A stretch of DNA of 64,000 bases from Octopus vulgaris (taxonomy: Eukaryota), in assembly GCA_951406725.2 (NCBI GenBank), contig OX597817.1:174840001-174904000 (forward strand), given 5' to 3'. Position numbers and translations under genes: made by a program. Within the stretch, counting starts at the first letter, position 1. The number at the start of each line of letters is the position of its first letter. Below are positions 42,763-56,689 of this stretch, piece by piece. The notes beneath the pieces are model-generated. The model searched no databases and had not been told where the DNA came from. It saw nothing but the letters and a program-made list of their open reading frames with translations.

Positions 42763-43064
42763 GGTGTGAGGGGTATTTGAGGACAGTTTTACAATAAAAC
42801 AACTATATTTAAGCATAAATAAATATATATTTGAATAAACATTTGTATAATTAGTCTTGATAATGATTTTTAAAGCAAATTATTCAATTACTCTATGAAA
42901 CTGCCTTCGACTTCGATGACTGCTTCAATGTGGGACTTAGACCACTGGCATGCTGACACTATGTGGTCCTTATTCATTTCAGATATCACCTGGATAATGG
43001 TGGCCCTCTGTGAAGCTATGGTATTATGAGGATTATGATTAGTCTCCCTTTTAACAGTGCTCCA
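42760..43064 (-). mobile_element. Tc1/mariner-superfamily transposon 3' end
   Basis: TA|CAGGGTG terminus inside (TA)n; 43064-42888 translates WSTVKRETNHNPHNTIASQRATIIQVISEMNKDHIVSACQWSKSHIEAVIEVEGSFIE*. Confidence 0.85.
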
Positions 43065-43215
43065 CTCTCATAGTGGTTGGCATTAGGAAAGGCATCTAGC
43101 TGTAGACACTCTGCCAGATCAGATTGAAGCCTTGTGCAGCCATCTGGTTCGCCAGACCTCAGTCAAATTGTCCAACCCATGCTAGCTTGGAAAGCAGATG
43201 TTAAAAGAAAAAGTT

Positions 43216-43247
<32 letters not shown>

Positions 43248-43574
43248 TAATAAATGAGGGTGCAAAATAGTACCTACAATTGCTAGAAATGAGAGCTAAA
43301 ATTTAACTTGAACAGCCACACAAAAGCACTGACCTCATGAAAGCCACAACCTTTTCTCTTTGGTGAGATACACTCACAGAATGAAGTAGTTTGATAAAAC
43401 ATTTTCCCATGATTTCGAAATTTGATCAATAAGATCTTTTTACTCAGAGGATTCCACAATTATTCCAGATTAAAAGAGATAGTCTCCTATTTGTTCATGA
43501 GAAAAAAACTTTTGAAAAGCAAGTGCTAAAGTTGAAATGTAAATGTGGTAAGTAGTATTGCTAGATAAGTATGA

Positions 43575-43621
<47 letters not shown>

Positions 43622-44614
43622 TGTGCAGAAGTGTGCACTGAGAGTTTAACTATTGATGAAATAGTTCTTATTTCCTCCTTCAAATTCATTTTTATTCTAT
43701 TCAGTACTTTCTAGAACAAATCCAGTATCATTTTAGATTTTTCTATGAGAAATGGTTTCTCAACCCTTCTTTATTTCAAAAGAAAGGACCAGTGTGATAA
43801 ACCCCCTGTTATTCTTCAAACAGTTCTACACAGTTAGTTTGAAGAGATTTGAGAGAGAGAAAGTGAGGATAGAATCAACCCTAACAATTAACTGCTGTTT
43901 TATTTGGTAATGCTGGAAGGGTAAAGTGCAAAGTTAATCTTTAATGGATTTGAACTCAGAGCATATAGAGAGTTGGAATAAAGACTGCAAACCTTTCAAC
44001 CCAACACTCTAATAACACTGCCAATTCACCACCTATAGTTATTATATTGTATAAATAACTCCAACATCTGAGAGGAATCTTGTGATGGCCCATGTCAGCA
44101 AAAATCAATCTGTAAAGTTTGTAAATTAGGATAGAGGAGAAGAGTTCTACAGAAGTATGGAAACTTCATACGTGATAAGAACTTATCCTAATTCACAAAC
44201 TTCTCTTGAATGGTATGGAAAAGTTCCAACATCCCAGCCTAATGCATCGGGAAAAGTTTGACATGATACAACTATCTGATGGGTTGTTGGGTGAATCCCA
44301 AAGACTTCATTTTCATATTATGACTTGAGGGCAAGTCAGCCTGGTAAAATGTCTACCTGTCTGTTGGTCTGTTGGTCTGTTAGTCTGTTTGTCTGTCTGT
44401 CTGTCTGTTTCTGGGTTGTTAATTATGGTTGGAAACAGCACATGGAAGAGATCAGCTGATGAAGTAAAACAATAGTTGGCAACTGCAGTATTTAAAACAG
44501 TGTTTATTTAATTTTATCGATTAGTGTCTTGTCAGATGGCTAAGTCTGTCTATTTTGGGTGTAACAGGGCATAATGAACAGATTTGTGCATTGATTTATA
44601 TGTATATGTATGTG

Positions 44615-44663
<49 letters not shown>

Positions 44664-45098
44664 GTATGTTTGTATGTTTATATATACATATATATAGATA
44701 GATATACATATACATATATATACATATGTATGCATATATATATACATATGTATATATATAAATATGTGTATATATATATATAATTTGTTTTTGTTTTTTT
44801 TTAATCTGTGAAACTTGAAGCAAATAGAACTATAAATAACAGCATGTAAATATTGGGTTTAAAAACTCTTTGGACAAGAAAAAAACAAACAAAAGTAACC
44901 TTTGACTTTTTCTATCCAATAGATGTTTAATCCAATATTTACATGTTGTTATTTATAGCTTTGTTTGCTTCAAGTTTCATTGTTCCAAAAATGAATTATT
45001 TTACGATCTGTCTTGCAGTTTCTAAATTCTTATGACGTCAACAATATACATATCTAAACAAACACGCATGCACACAAACACTCACACACACACACACA

Positions 45099-45135
<37 letters not shown>

Positions 45136-45889
45136 TTGTGTGTATATATATATGTATATATATATATATATGTATAAGGAACAGCTTTTCTGTTAGATAC
45201 ATTTTATTGAATACAATATGTCTACAAATGGATTATTGATTAGTGGGAATCTCAAACACTTAATTTTCATATTGTGACTCGAGGGCTAGTCAACTTGATG
45301 AAGTGTCTGTCTGTTTGTTTATCGCTCTTTCTCCCTCCCCCAATCTCTCTCTCTCTCTCTCTTTCCTCCCCCTTTCTCTGGGAAAATACCAACCGATGAA
45401 GTAAAAGCATAGTCTGAAACTATAAAAAAAAAAGAGAAAATTATGTGAATTAAGTAGTGTAAAGTAGTTGGCAACAGAACTGAGACAATGTAGAACTGAG
45501 AGGATCTTTCAGGCTTGTGGAGGACATGACAATCACTGTAGTATTGTTGATATGATAAAATGTATCCTGGACAATTTGTAAAGTCACTGGTGTTAGGAAG
45601 AGTGTCTATCCATAGAAACTATGTCAAAAATGGAACATGAGAGCAAGAATTGGTTGTCTGGCAGGGAACCTCCAAATAAGAACTGAGACGATGAAAACCC
45701 ATCTAATACATGCAGGCAAAGAAAGGGGATGTAAATAAAATAATGAAATAATGATGGATAAGTTGGAAGTACACTTGGAAATGTTAAGTAAAAGGCATAT
45801 GCGAATTTCATAAGCAGACTGTTCCATTGATTAGATCAACTAGAACACAGGCCATAACTAATGAAATGCCAGTTAAATATACACACAAT

Positions 45890-45972
45890 CATACATACAT
45901 TCAGGCATGCATACATACATACGTACATACATACATACATACATGCATGCATACATACATACATACACACAC

Positions 45973-46005
<33 letters not shown>

Positions 46006-46018
46006 CACACACACACAT

Positions 46019-46053
<35 letters not shown>

Positions 46054-46073
46054 TACATATATACATACATACA

Positions 46074-46105
<32 letters not shown>

Positions 46106-46140
46106 AACAGACAGACAGTCAGACAGCCAGATAGATAGAT
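45890..46140. repeat. (CATA)n/(CA)n microsatellite
   Basis: Direct reading. Confidence 0.9.
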
Positions 46141-46693
46141 GTATATATGTGTGTGTGATTGAGTGTGTTTGAGTACATCTTGGTGTTGTGTGTGTCACCC
46201 ACCCCTGCTTGACAACAATAGTTGTTTTGCTTTCACCCTTCTAACTTAGCAGGTTGGCAAAAGAGACTCACAGAATAAGAATCAGAGTTAACAAATAAGT
46301 ACTGGGACTGATTTATTCGGCTAAACCCTTTAAGGTGATGCCCAGCGTGACTGCCATCCAATGACTAAAAACAAGTGACAGGTAAAAATTTATGGTGCAG
46401 ATAAGAAAAGAAAGAGCATCAACCATCACTTTTTCTCTTTTTTTTAAAGATTTGTGGGAGAAAGAGAGGAAGAAACTGGGTTTCAGGTTGGAATGGACTC
46501 TGCTTAAGACACTCAAAAACCAAGGTAGGGTTTTAAATTAAGCATTTAATGTACACTGTATTAAATTAAGAGCTATTTATAGTTTCTTGCTGTAAAGACA
46601 TGTGGTTAGGCAGGTTTTACTAATGTGCCTTGTGGCTCTCATCAATTTTCAGGCACTCACTACATTCTGATAATCTTACCTTAATAGAACAGT

Positions 46694-46761
<68 letters not shown>

Positions 46762-47079
46762 TTTAAATATGTATCTTTTATCAGCTATCTTTTATTTGTC
46801 TCAGTCATTGAACCGTGGCCATGTTGGAGCTACAAATAAGTATATTATTCCAGAACAGGTATTATCTGTCAGATAAGCTTGAGTAAAGTTTCCACCATCT
46901 ACCCAATTTCACAGTGAAGGTTTTGATACACCTGACGTTATAGCAAGCAAAAAAAAACTTAACCAGGGTGTTCTGCGATTGGTTCAAACCTAGAACCATG
47001 TGACTGAAAACTGAACTTTGTAACCACACATGATTCTGCTCCTTCTTTGTGGCATATTCACAGGCTCTTTGTACTTTAA

Positions 47080-47302
47080 CTCTTTCATTACCAACCCGGC
47101 TGAAACCGGCTCTGGCTCTTTAGTAGAGATGTCTTGTTTTCATAAGTTTTGAATTAAAATCTTTCACCAAACCTTAGTCACAATTTATGTTCCTAACACT
47201 AGCTTAATGATAACTAAGTTATTTTACTAAATTCTTTGTTATATTTAAAATTAATTGAAAGAAACACAGAGCATCTCAACAGAAATATGGTAACAAAAGG
47301 GG
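47080..47302. mobile_element. piggyBac-like MITE (TTAA target)
   Basis: TTAA|CTCTTTCATTACCA ... TGGTAACAAAAGGGG|TTAG; related copy at 59140-59364. Confidence 0.7.
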
Positions 47303-47734
47303 TTAGCTGTTTCCAAATGTGGTTTCACTTTATCTTTTAGTACTTTATTACTTCACATAATATTTTTGGCAGTTGACAACTATAGTTTTTCATTGGTTTA
47401 TCTCTTTACATACTCTTTGTACCTGTCATTTGTAACTGTAATTAATAACCCAGAGTCTGACAGATAGACACTTCACCAGGCTGATGTGCTCCCAAGCCAC
47501 CACAAGGAAATAAAAACCTTTGGGATTCCCCCAACAACTCATCAAACTTTACAGAATGATGAAATCTCTCATGCCTGGATTCATTACACTTCATACCTTA
47601 TATATGAAAACCAGTCTTGGAATTTACACCAAAACTTCTGAAATCTTACATTTTAAATTCTTCAATGCAATAATAGGAATCTTTAAAGTCTGGTGACCTT
47701 TTATACCCATGAAATCTTTTGAAATACGTTGCCA

Positions 47735-48060
47735 CTTTTACTCTTTTACTTGTTTCAGTCATTTGATTGTGGCCATGCTGGAGCACCACCTTTAGTCGAG
47801 CAAATCGACCCCAGGACTTATTCTTTGGAAGCCTCGTACTTATTCTATCAGTCTCTTTTGCTGAACCACTAAGTTACGGGGACATAAACACACCAGCATA
47901 TATATACAATGGGCTTCTTTCAGTTTCCATCTACCAAATTCACTCACAAGGCTTTGGTCAGCCCAAGGCTATAGTAGAAGACACTTGTCCAAGGTGCCAT
48001 GCAGTGGGACTGAACTTGGAACCATGTGTCTGGTAAGCAAGCTACTTACCACACAGCCAC
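47735..48060 (-). mobile_element. SINE family A with internal deletion
   Basis: Colinear with 2591-2996. Confidence 0.8.
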
Positions 48061-49769
48061 GACAAGCTTTAATATATTGTGGGTGTTTAGATGACATACC
48101 ATAGGTTTTTGCTTTAGATGATACATCATGATCTTTGAAAATGTATCTCTCTACAATATAATTCTCTTTCATTTGTTCATTCATTTCATGCTTGTTATTC
48201 CCATGCTAGCATTACCAGTATTCCATACAAGATTAAAGTGTCAGAATGCCAATGTTTGTTATCTTGGCAGCTGTGAGTCTGAGTCCCGTGGGCAGCCTTC
48301 GATTTCTCTATCCAAAAGGGTTTTTCAATGCAATGTCTGCATGCTCTACAGCAGTGAGTTGCAAGAATTGTTAAGCACACCAGACAAAATGCTTGGCAGT
48401 GTTTCATCTGCCTTTGCGTTCTGAGTTGAAATTCTGCTGAGATTGACTTTGCCTTTCTTCCTTTCGGGATTGATAAAAGTTGTACACCATGTGCACTTTT
48501 TTTTTTTTCACAAAAATTTTAACCATCTCATAATAATTCTGCTTGTTCCTTCGTTACTTAGCCCATCTGTAACGTGTCCACGTGATTAGTTGAAGGGGAA
48601 GGGGAGGGGGGTAAAGAGGGGGATAAGGAGGGGGGAGGTGGTGAGTGAAATGTGTAATTTTTTTAAACTAAGTTTATTTTCTCTGTTACTTAGCCCGTCT
48701 ATAATGTTTGCATGTGATTAGTTGAAGGGAAAGGTGAAGAGCAAAAGAAAAAAAGGAGAGAGGAAAAGAGGAGGGTAAGGCTGAGAGTGAGAGAGAAAGA
48801 GGGAGAGTGCTGTATATTAAGTCTACAAAATTGTGCATAATGTATATAAAGTGTACATATAAAGTGCATTAAGTAATCATCGTATTCTAATTTCCTTCAC
48901 TTTTCAACAGTTAGCAGATGAGTGGTTATCTTTTGATACAAACACAACACAGGCTACGCTTTCAGGTTTTTGGATAAAGCTTTCAGAAATAACCTAACAA
49001 GCTTACCATTAATTCCGTAAAATATTCTCAGGTCCTGCTAGTAATTAATATTATTTTCCTTTTTCAAGGTTCATTTTTCTATGCTGGCATGGGTTGGATG
49101 GTTTGACAGGAGCTGATGAGCCAGAAGACTGCTCCAAGCTCCAATGTGTTCCTTGTCACGGTTTTTACTGCTCATCCTAATATCAAATGCTTGTTTTGTA
49201 GCACCAGCTCTAATGAGTTCCCCAAGTACTCACAAGACAAGGCACCTCAACTGAGAGGGGTATGAGTATAAAATGCAGAAAATGTGACAGTGAAGGGGCG
49301 GGAGCTCTACACTCAAGTTACAAAGTCCTGGGGTCAATTTGTTCAACTAAAGCCCTTCAAATGACTGTAATAAGTAAAAGAATAAAAGAATAAATGAATA
49401 TATATAAAAGTGAATTTGGAGGGATATATTATCCAGGCGGATACCGTATTAGCTCTCAGTCGAGTTCCAGTGAAGTTGAGGTCAACAGCACATACCTATA
49501 AATAACAATAATCCTACCTCCCACAGAACACTAACAAAACTTTACTTCAATCATTTCACTTCAAGGATGACCAAATGGATGGACTCTGATGACGCTGCAC
49601 TGACAATATTGCAAGGTTGCATTGACAACAGTGAGTTATCGCTGAAGTGGAATCATGTGTAGGTCATTACAATATGCAGTATGCAACTATAAAATAAATT
49701 TTGTGGGTGTACAAGTCTCCATACTCTTTATTATTGATAATATTTATATATGATATATATGTTCTTTTT

Positions 49770-49971
49770 AGTCTTTTATTCTTTTACTTGTTTCAGTCAT
49801 TTGACTGTAGCCATGCTGGAGCACCGCCTTTAGTCGAACAATTGACTCCAGGACTTATTCTTTGTAAACCTAGTACTTATTCTATTGATGTCTTTTGCTG
49901 AACCGCTAAGTGAACATTGGTTGTCAAGCAATGGTGGAGGAACAAACACAGACACAAATATCAAATACATG

Positions 49972-50035
<64 letters not shown>

Positions 50036-50195
50036 TGACGGGCTTCTTTCAGTTTCCGCCTACCAAATCCACTTACAAGGCTTTGGTTGGCCTGAGGCTA
50101 TAGTAGAAGACACTTACCCAAGTTGCCACACAGTGGGACTGAACCCAGAACCATGTGGTTGGGAAGCAAGTTTCTTACCACACTGTTACTCCTGT
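49770..50195 (-). mobile_element. SINE family A
   Basis: Colinear with 2591-2996. Confidence 0.85.
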
Positions 50196-50781
50196 GTATA
50201 TGTATATGTACATATTCCTAGGTCTTATGTAGTTGTCTTTCTACATGTGTGTGTGTGTGTGTGCGTGTGTGCGTGCGCACAGTTTTTGCGCAGTTTCTGC
50301 CAACCAAATTTCTCTCAAGCCAACAAGGGTTTCTCAACTGGAGCATGGGACATGGGTAGGAGCACACTTTCTGTTGGGTGCAACAAAGCAGGAAGTATAT
50401 ACTCAATTAAAATCACTTTTCAGACTAGAATTATCAACTTACGCTTAAAAATAACTTGTGTTTCTATTAAGCACACCAAGAACTTTAATCCACAGCATTA
50501 CTAATAGAAAATTGATTTTTGTTTCTTTAAATATGGTATTAATTTTGTTGGTGGATTGGGGATGCAAAACTCAATCAAATGTTTTCTAAGAGCTGCAGGG
50601 TAGTCTATTAAAAGTTTGGGAATTACTACACAATGTCATTCCTACTGGAACTGCTAGAAACAGCACTCAAACTCCCTTATCATTTAAAAACTCTCTCATG
50701 CTTCTGCTATCTGAAAATAAGTGAAAGTATCCATCCATCCATCCGTCCGTCCGTCCGTCCGTCCGTCCGTCCGTCCGTCCG

Positions 50782-50869
<88 letters not shown>

Positions 50870-51626
50870 GGGCGTCCCTCAGGATGCCCCAAGACTGTTT
50901 CCACACATTTTCCCCATTCATCGCGATCTCCCATAATGGTCCTCAGCTTCTGTACCCCTTCCATGCCAAGTGAAAGTAGACATTGGCTGATATAGTTCTA
51001 TTCATATACAAAGATTAGATGGTGATGCTCATGGTTGAACTTCATTTTATTATGGTCCTGCTATGTGTTCAAAACGGCCCTGGTGCTAAGCAACAACATC
51101 GTAATGCATGCATGGTCATGTGATAAGAATGATGCAGGAGTGACTGTGAGGTAAGAAAGATTGCTTCCCAGCCACATGGTTTCAGGTTCAGTCCCACAGC
51201 ATAGTACCTTGGCCAAGTGCCTTCTACAATAGCCTTGGGTCAACAAAGGCCTTGTGAGCAGACTTGATAGATGGAAATTGAAAGAAGCCTTTGACTTTAT
51301 GTGATTGCAATAAAGAAGCCTTTGACTTTATGTGATTGCAATAAAAGAGGAATCCCTAACATGAAAGCAGTGTTCTTTGTTTACAATCTTCTGTGAAAAC
51401 ACATCTGGTCATGGGGAAATGGAATCTTACTTGGAAACAGATCAGGGTTGGCAACAAGAAGGGTCTCTGACTGTAGAAGATCTGCCTTAACAAATTCCAT
51501 CTGACCCATGTGAACATGGAAAAGTGGATGTTAAAATGATGATGATGATGATGAAGGTGACGATGATGAGGATGAAGATGATGGTGATGAAGATGATTAC
51601 CATCAACATGAGCAACAACAACAACA

Positions 51627-52010
51627 GTGGAGGTTCAATGGCCCAATGGTTAGGACAGTGGACTCACAGTCGGAGGATCGTGGTTTCATTTCCCAGACCG
51701 GGCGTTGTGTGTTTATTGAGCGAAAACACCTAAAGCTCCACGAGGCTCTGGCAGGGGGGGGGGGTGATGCCTATTGTACTCTTTCGCTCCAACTTTCTCT
51801 CATTCTTTCTTCCTGTTTCTTGTCCCCGACTTCCTATGCAACCGCTGAGCCTGGATGCGCATTCATCCATCCGTCAATGCATTCGGTGTTGGGGGTTGAC
51901 CTGCTTTCACTTCTGTGGGTCTTGCGAATAGCAAAGGACCACGTTTTGGACTTCTCCTGAGGCGCGATCTTGCGAGCTCTGGGACGAAGACCGCTTTGCT
52001 CAACAAACAA
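51627..52010 (+). mobile_element. SINE family C with (CAA)n tail
   Basis: tRNA-like head GGAGGTTCAATGGCCCAATGGTTAGG...GGTTTCATTTCCC. Confidence 0.75.
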
Positions 52011-52965
52011 ACAATCAGCAACAACAATAGTAACAACAACAACAACAGCAGCAATAACATAAACAAAATTGATAACAATGGCAATAACAACAACAAACAG
52101 CAACAACAAAAATTTCATGCCAACAGGATTGGTCAACTAGAAGTAGAGTAGAAGACATTTACCTAATTGTGCTGTAGAGTGGAATTGAACCTGGAACCAG
52201 GTGACTGCGAATCGAACACTTTAATCACATTGTTACCAGGATTACTAGTAATTACATTGTTTTCCTTACCATGTGATTTATTTATTTATTTGCTTGTTTG
52301 CTTATTACTCTGTTGCCATGGTGATGTAGTCAAACATATTTGAACCATGTGTTCCTTGCTATTTGTTACATCCACTGGGAAAAAACATTTTTGTCAGCCA
52401 TCACCATCACCACCAACACCACCACTACCACCACCACCACCACCACCACCACCACCACCACCACCACCACCACCACCACCACCACCAATGCCACCACCAA
52501 CACCAACACCGATACCAATTCCACTGCTATTACTACCACCGTCACTACCATCACTGCAATGTTCATAGCATAACTGCTTCAACTATGTCAAAACATCTTG
52601 ATTACTTAATACAACTACACCAGTCATGAATAGTAGGTGGTGGTGGAGGGTGTGGTGGTGGTGGTGGTGGGTGGTGGTGGGTGGTGGTGGTTTAGGTGGT
52701 GGAGGGTGTGGTTGTGGTCGAGTGGGGTTTGTGGAGAGTGATGCTTGTGAATGAAAGATTTGTGGCAGATCACATTTACCTTACCTCTCCTTCATGTCTT
52801 ACACACACACACACACACACGTACACACACATACATATACATGCACGTACACACACATACAGCCGCATATACATGCACGTACACACACACATGCAAACTA
52901 ATATATATATAGGCATATACATATGCATACACAAATGCATCCCTACAATTCTGCACACCTCCTCC

Positions 52966-52966
52966 C

Positions 52967-52997
<31 letters not shown>

Positions 52998-53031
52998 TTC
53001 TTCCTCTTCTTCTTCTTCTTCCTCTTCTTCT

Positions 53032-53095
<64 letters not shown>

Positions 53096-53148
53096 ATTAT
53101 TATTATTATTTTTCTTCTTCGTCTTCTTCTTCTTCTTCTTTCTCTTCT

Positions 53149-53180
<32 letters not shown>

Positions 53181-53295
53181 TTCTTCTACTTCCTCTTCTT
53201 CTTCTTCTTCTTCTCCTCTTCTTCTTCTTCTTCTTCTTCTTCTTCTTCTTCTTCTTCTTCTTCTTCTTCTTCTTCTTCTTCTTCCTCCTTCTTCT

Positions 53296-53327
<32 letters not shown>

Positions 53328-53395
53328 TTCTTCTTCTCTACTTCCTCTTCTTCTTCTTCTTCTTCCTCCTTCTTCTTCTCCTCTTCCTCCCCCTC
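52966..53395. repeat. (CTT/CCT)n polypyrimidine microsatellite
   Basis: Direct reading. Confidence 0.95.
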
Positions 53396-54302
53396 CTATG
53401 CTTTCAACACCACTGCCACTACTTCCACCACCACTACCCACTACCAACATTGCCACTACCACTAGTACCACTACCACCACCATCATCATCAACATCAACA
53501 ACATAATCCCCCACCCCAAATCATCATAATCATTATCATCATCATCATCATCATCACTGCTGCTTTGCCACCACCGCCATCACCACCACCATCACCACCA
53601 CCACCACCATCACCACCACCACCACCACCACCACCACCACCATCATCATTATCGTCGTCGTCCTCACCAAGCACTTTGTTCTTCTTATCAGGCATCATCC
53701 TTCTTCATCTTCTTCTCCCTCTCCAGTTCCCCCCAAAGAAGTTTCATTTTTTGTTTATTTTTTTTTATCCCCCCACCCCCACCCGACATATTAACATTAG
53801 TAATCATGATAATCTCTAACAAAATAACACGAAACAAAACAAAACAAGAAATTCCTATTGAAATAGGCAGCATATCGCCATGAATTACAACTGCTTCTCT
53901 GGGTACAGATTTCCAGGCACAAAAATGTGGGCACAGTTTGCATTTTTTTTCTTTCTCCCACTCAACCCCTCTCAATTTATCCCGCTTTTTTTTTTCTTCC
54001 ATTAAGGGCGTAGCTTTTTGAAAAACAGCCCTTAACCTTCAAATAGGTTGGTAAAGAAAATATTTTCTTTGCATTATGCAAGGTGAAGTATATGTTCATA
54101 TATAATAAAAAATATATATTCACACACACACATACATTTACATATAAGGATATACATATATCCATATACACATACATATACATATATATAAATAAATATA
54201 TATATATGTATGTATGTATGTGTATATATATATATATACATACTTACATATATCATTATCATCATAATCATCAATTAACGTCACTCTTCCATGCTAGTAT
54301 GG

Positions 54303-54364
<62 letters not shown>

Positions 54365-54407
54365 TCATGCATGCATGTATGTATGTATGTATATGTATGC
54401 GTGTGTG

Positions 54408-54443
<36 letters not shown>

Positions 54444-54800
54444 CACACACACATACATATTTATATATGCATGTACGTAAATATACATTGGAGACTTTTG
54501 AGCAGAATTTGAACTGAGAGTGCAGAGATCTGGCATTCTCCCTAGCAATATAATGACTTTGCCATGGCAGGGATCTGGCAGAATTCTTAGCACACAGGGA
54601 AAAATGCTTAGCAGCATTTCATCCAACTTTACATTATGAGATCAAATTTTGCCAAGGTCGACTTTGCATTTCATCCATTCAAGATTGATAAAATAAATAC
54701 CAGTTCAGCACCGGAGTTGATGTAATCGGCTTATTCACCCCCGCCCCCTGCTGAACTTGCTGGTCTAGTACCAAAATTTGAAAGCTATATAATGACTATG

Positions 54801-55110
54801 GGAGGTGCAATCGCCCAGTGGTTAGGGCAGTGGACTCGCAGTTGGAGGATCGCGGTTTCGATTTCCAGATTGGGCGTTGTGTGTGTTTATTGAGTGAAAA
54901 CACCTAAAAAAAAGCTCCACGAGGCTCCAGCAGGGGGTGGTGATGACCCCTGTTGTACTCTTTCACAACAACTTGCCCTCACTCTCTCTTCCTGTTTCTT
55001 GAGTAACGCTGCGATGGACTGGCATCCCGTCCAGCTGGGGGGAACACATACACCACAGAAACCGGGAAACCGGGCCCATAAGCCTGGCTAGGCTTGAAAA
55101 GGGTGACATT
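54801..55110 (+). mobile_element. SINE family C
   Basis: Same head as 7767 and 51627. Confidence 0.8.
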
Positions 55111-55460
55111 TATTGTTATATAATGACTATACTATGGGCAGCAAGCTGGCAGAATTGTTAATGTGCAGGGCAAAATGCTTAGTGGCATTTCATCTTTCTT
55201 TGTGTTCTGAGTTCAAATTTTACTGAGGTCCACTTTTTTTTTTTTTATCTTTTTGGGTTCAATAAAATACGTAACAGTTGAACTCAGGGGTCGATGTAAT
55301 TGGCTTAACCCTACCCTGAACTTGTGCTATAATTTGAAATCGATATAATGACTTTGCCAATTCATCGTCTTATATATATTTGGATGTAGGCATTGCTAGA
55401 AAGTAAAAAAGTTCAATTTAAAACCAGTATGCACCACAGTACTAGGTTTTATATATAGAT

Positions 55461-55666
55461 ATCAAAATAAGCAACAAGGATATCCAGAGGTAATGCAGTA
55501 CGATTGTTTCATGCAACACCATTTAATTGAACAATGCAATCATTTCATTACATCAATTTAAAATGTAAAATTTATGTAATGAAATGATTGCATTGCTCAA
55601 TTAAATGGAGTCACATGAAACGATCGTACTGCATTACCTCTGGATATCCTTGTTGCTTATTTTGAT
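55461..55666. repeat. ~206-bp inverted repeat
   Basis: ATCAAAATAAGCAACAAGGATATCCAGAGG...CCTCTGGATATCCTTGTTGCTTATTTTGAT; ~93-bp arms. Confidence 0.9.
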
Positions 55667-55794
55667 TTTAATCAACTTGTTTTGAAATTGTATGGATAAT
55701 ATCATACTAAATTCTGGTACCTCAACTTAAGTACCATATTCATCTGAATCTAAATTTTTTACTGTACATATATATATATATACATACATACATG

Positions 55795-56075
55795 GTGGTG
55801 GTGGTGGTTGTCCACTCCTTATGCAGAGTTTGACCACCTCCTGTACCTACACCTTAGAACCATCATGGCAGCTGATGTGGGGTTTTCTAAACCAGACAAT
55901 GTTTTGAAAAGACACCCATATAGATTGCATATAACCAATTTGGACCACCAAGAGCTGCAGTCAAGTTCTGATCTTTGTGGATCTTAAAATGTCTTTTGAG
56001 GTCTCCATTAGATTTGCAGACCTTCAGGCATACATTGCATTGAAAGGTGTGTACAAACATATAGGCAGAATAGTT
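55795..56075 (-). mobile_element. LINE (RTE-like) 3' fragment with C2H2 finger
   Basis: FQCNVCLKVCKSNGDLKRHFKIH, then a short 3' region and a (CCA)n tail. Confidence 0.55.
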
Positions 56076-56134
56076 GGTGGTGGTGGGGGGTCGTTTTCCA
56101 TGGGTTTGCAAATGAGATGTGTTTATCAGTGTGT

Positions 56135-56440
56135 GAGTGAAAGAGTGGTGATGAATAAGCACTGAAAGAATATAGGGAATGGTCAAAACAAGATGCTTGA
56201 TTGGGGGTGGAGTTGGGAGGTGGTGGGGTGTTAAAGGAATGTTTTATGAAGCCATTTGAATAGTTGACCTTTGGTAAGAAATATTTGGAAAAACATCTCA
56301 CCAAAGGTCAACTATTCAAATGGCTTCATAAAACATTCCTTTAACACCCCACCAACTCTCAACTTCACCCCCAATCAAGCATCTTGTTTTGACCATTCAT
56401 TATTTTCTTTCGGCACTTATTCATTAACACTCTTTCACTC
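56135..56440. repeat. ~306-bp inverted repeat
   Basis: Arms ~56135-56279 and ~56296-56440 (TTAAAGGAATGTTTTATGAAGCCATTTGAATAGTTGACCTTTGG and its reverse complement). Confidence 0.9.
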
Positions 56441-56689
56441 CCAACCCAAACATACCCAAATCCCATATATAGAATCACAAAACCCCAAACCCTCAGATCT
56501 GTTTTTCTCCACAAAAGTTAACAATGAATGTTTTTGAAAAATCTCACCATCCAAGCTAATAAAGATCTAACTAGATCTACAAACTAAAGTGTAAAATTTA
56601 TATTACTAAAAAATTAAAAAATAATAAATTAAACTGATCAGAACTACCAGTGAAGTCATTCTTTTTCTTTTTTAAAATATATATATATT

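Noticed and set aside
48480-49041. Third Helitron ending in CTAG|T at 49041
   Set aside because: The terminal hairpin is poor and no 5' TC end was identified.
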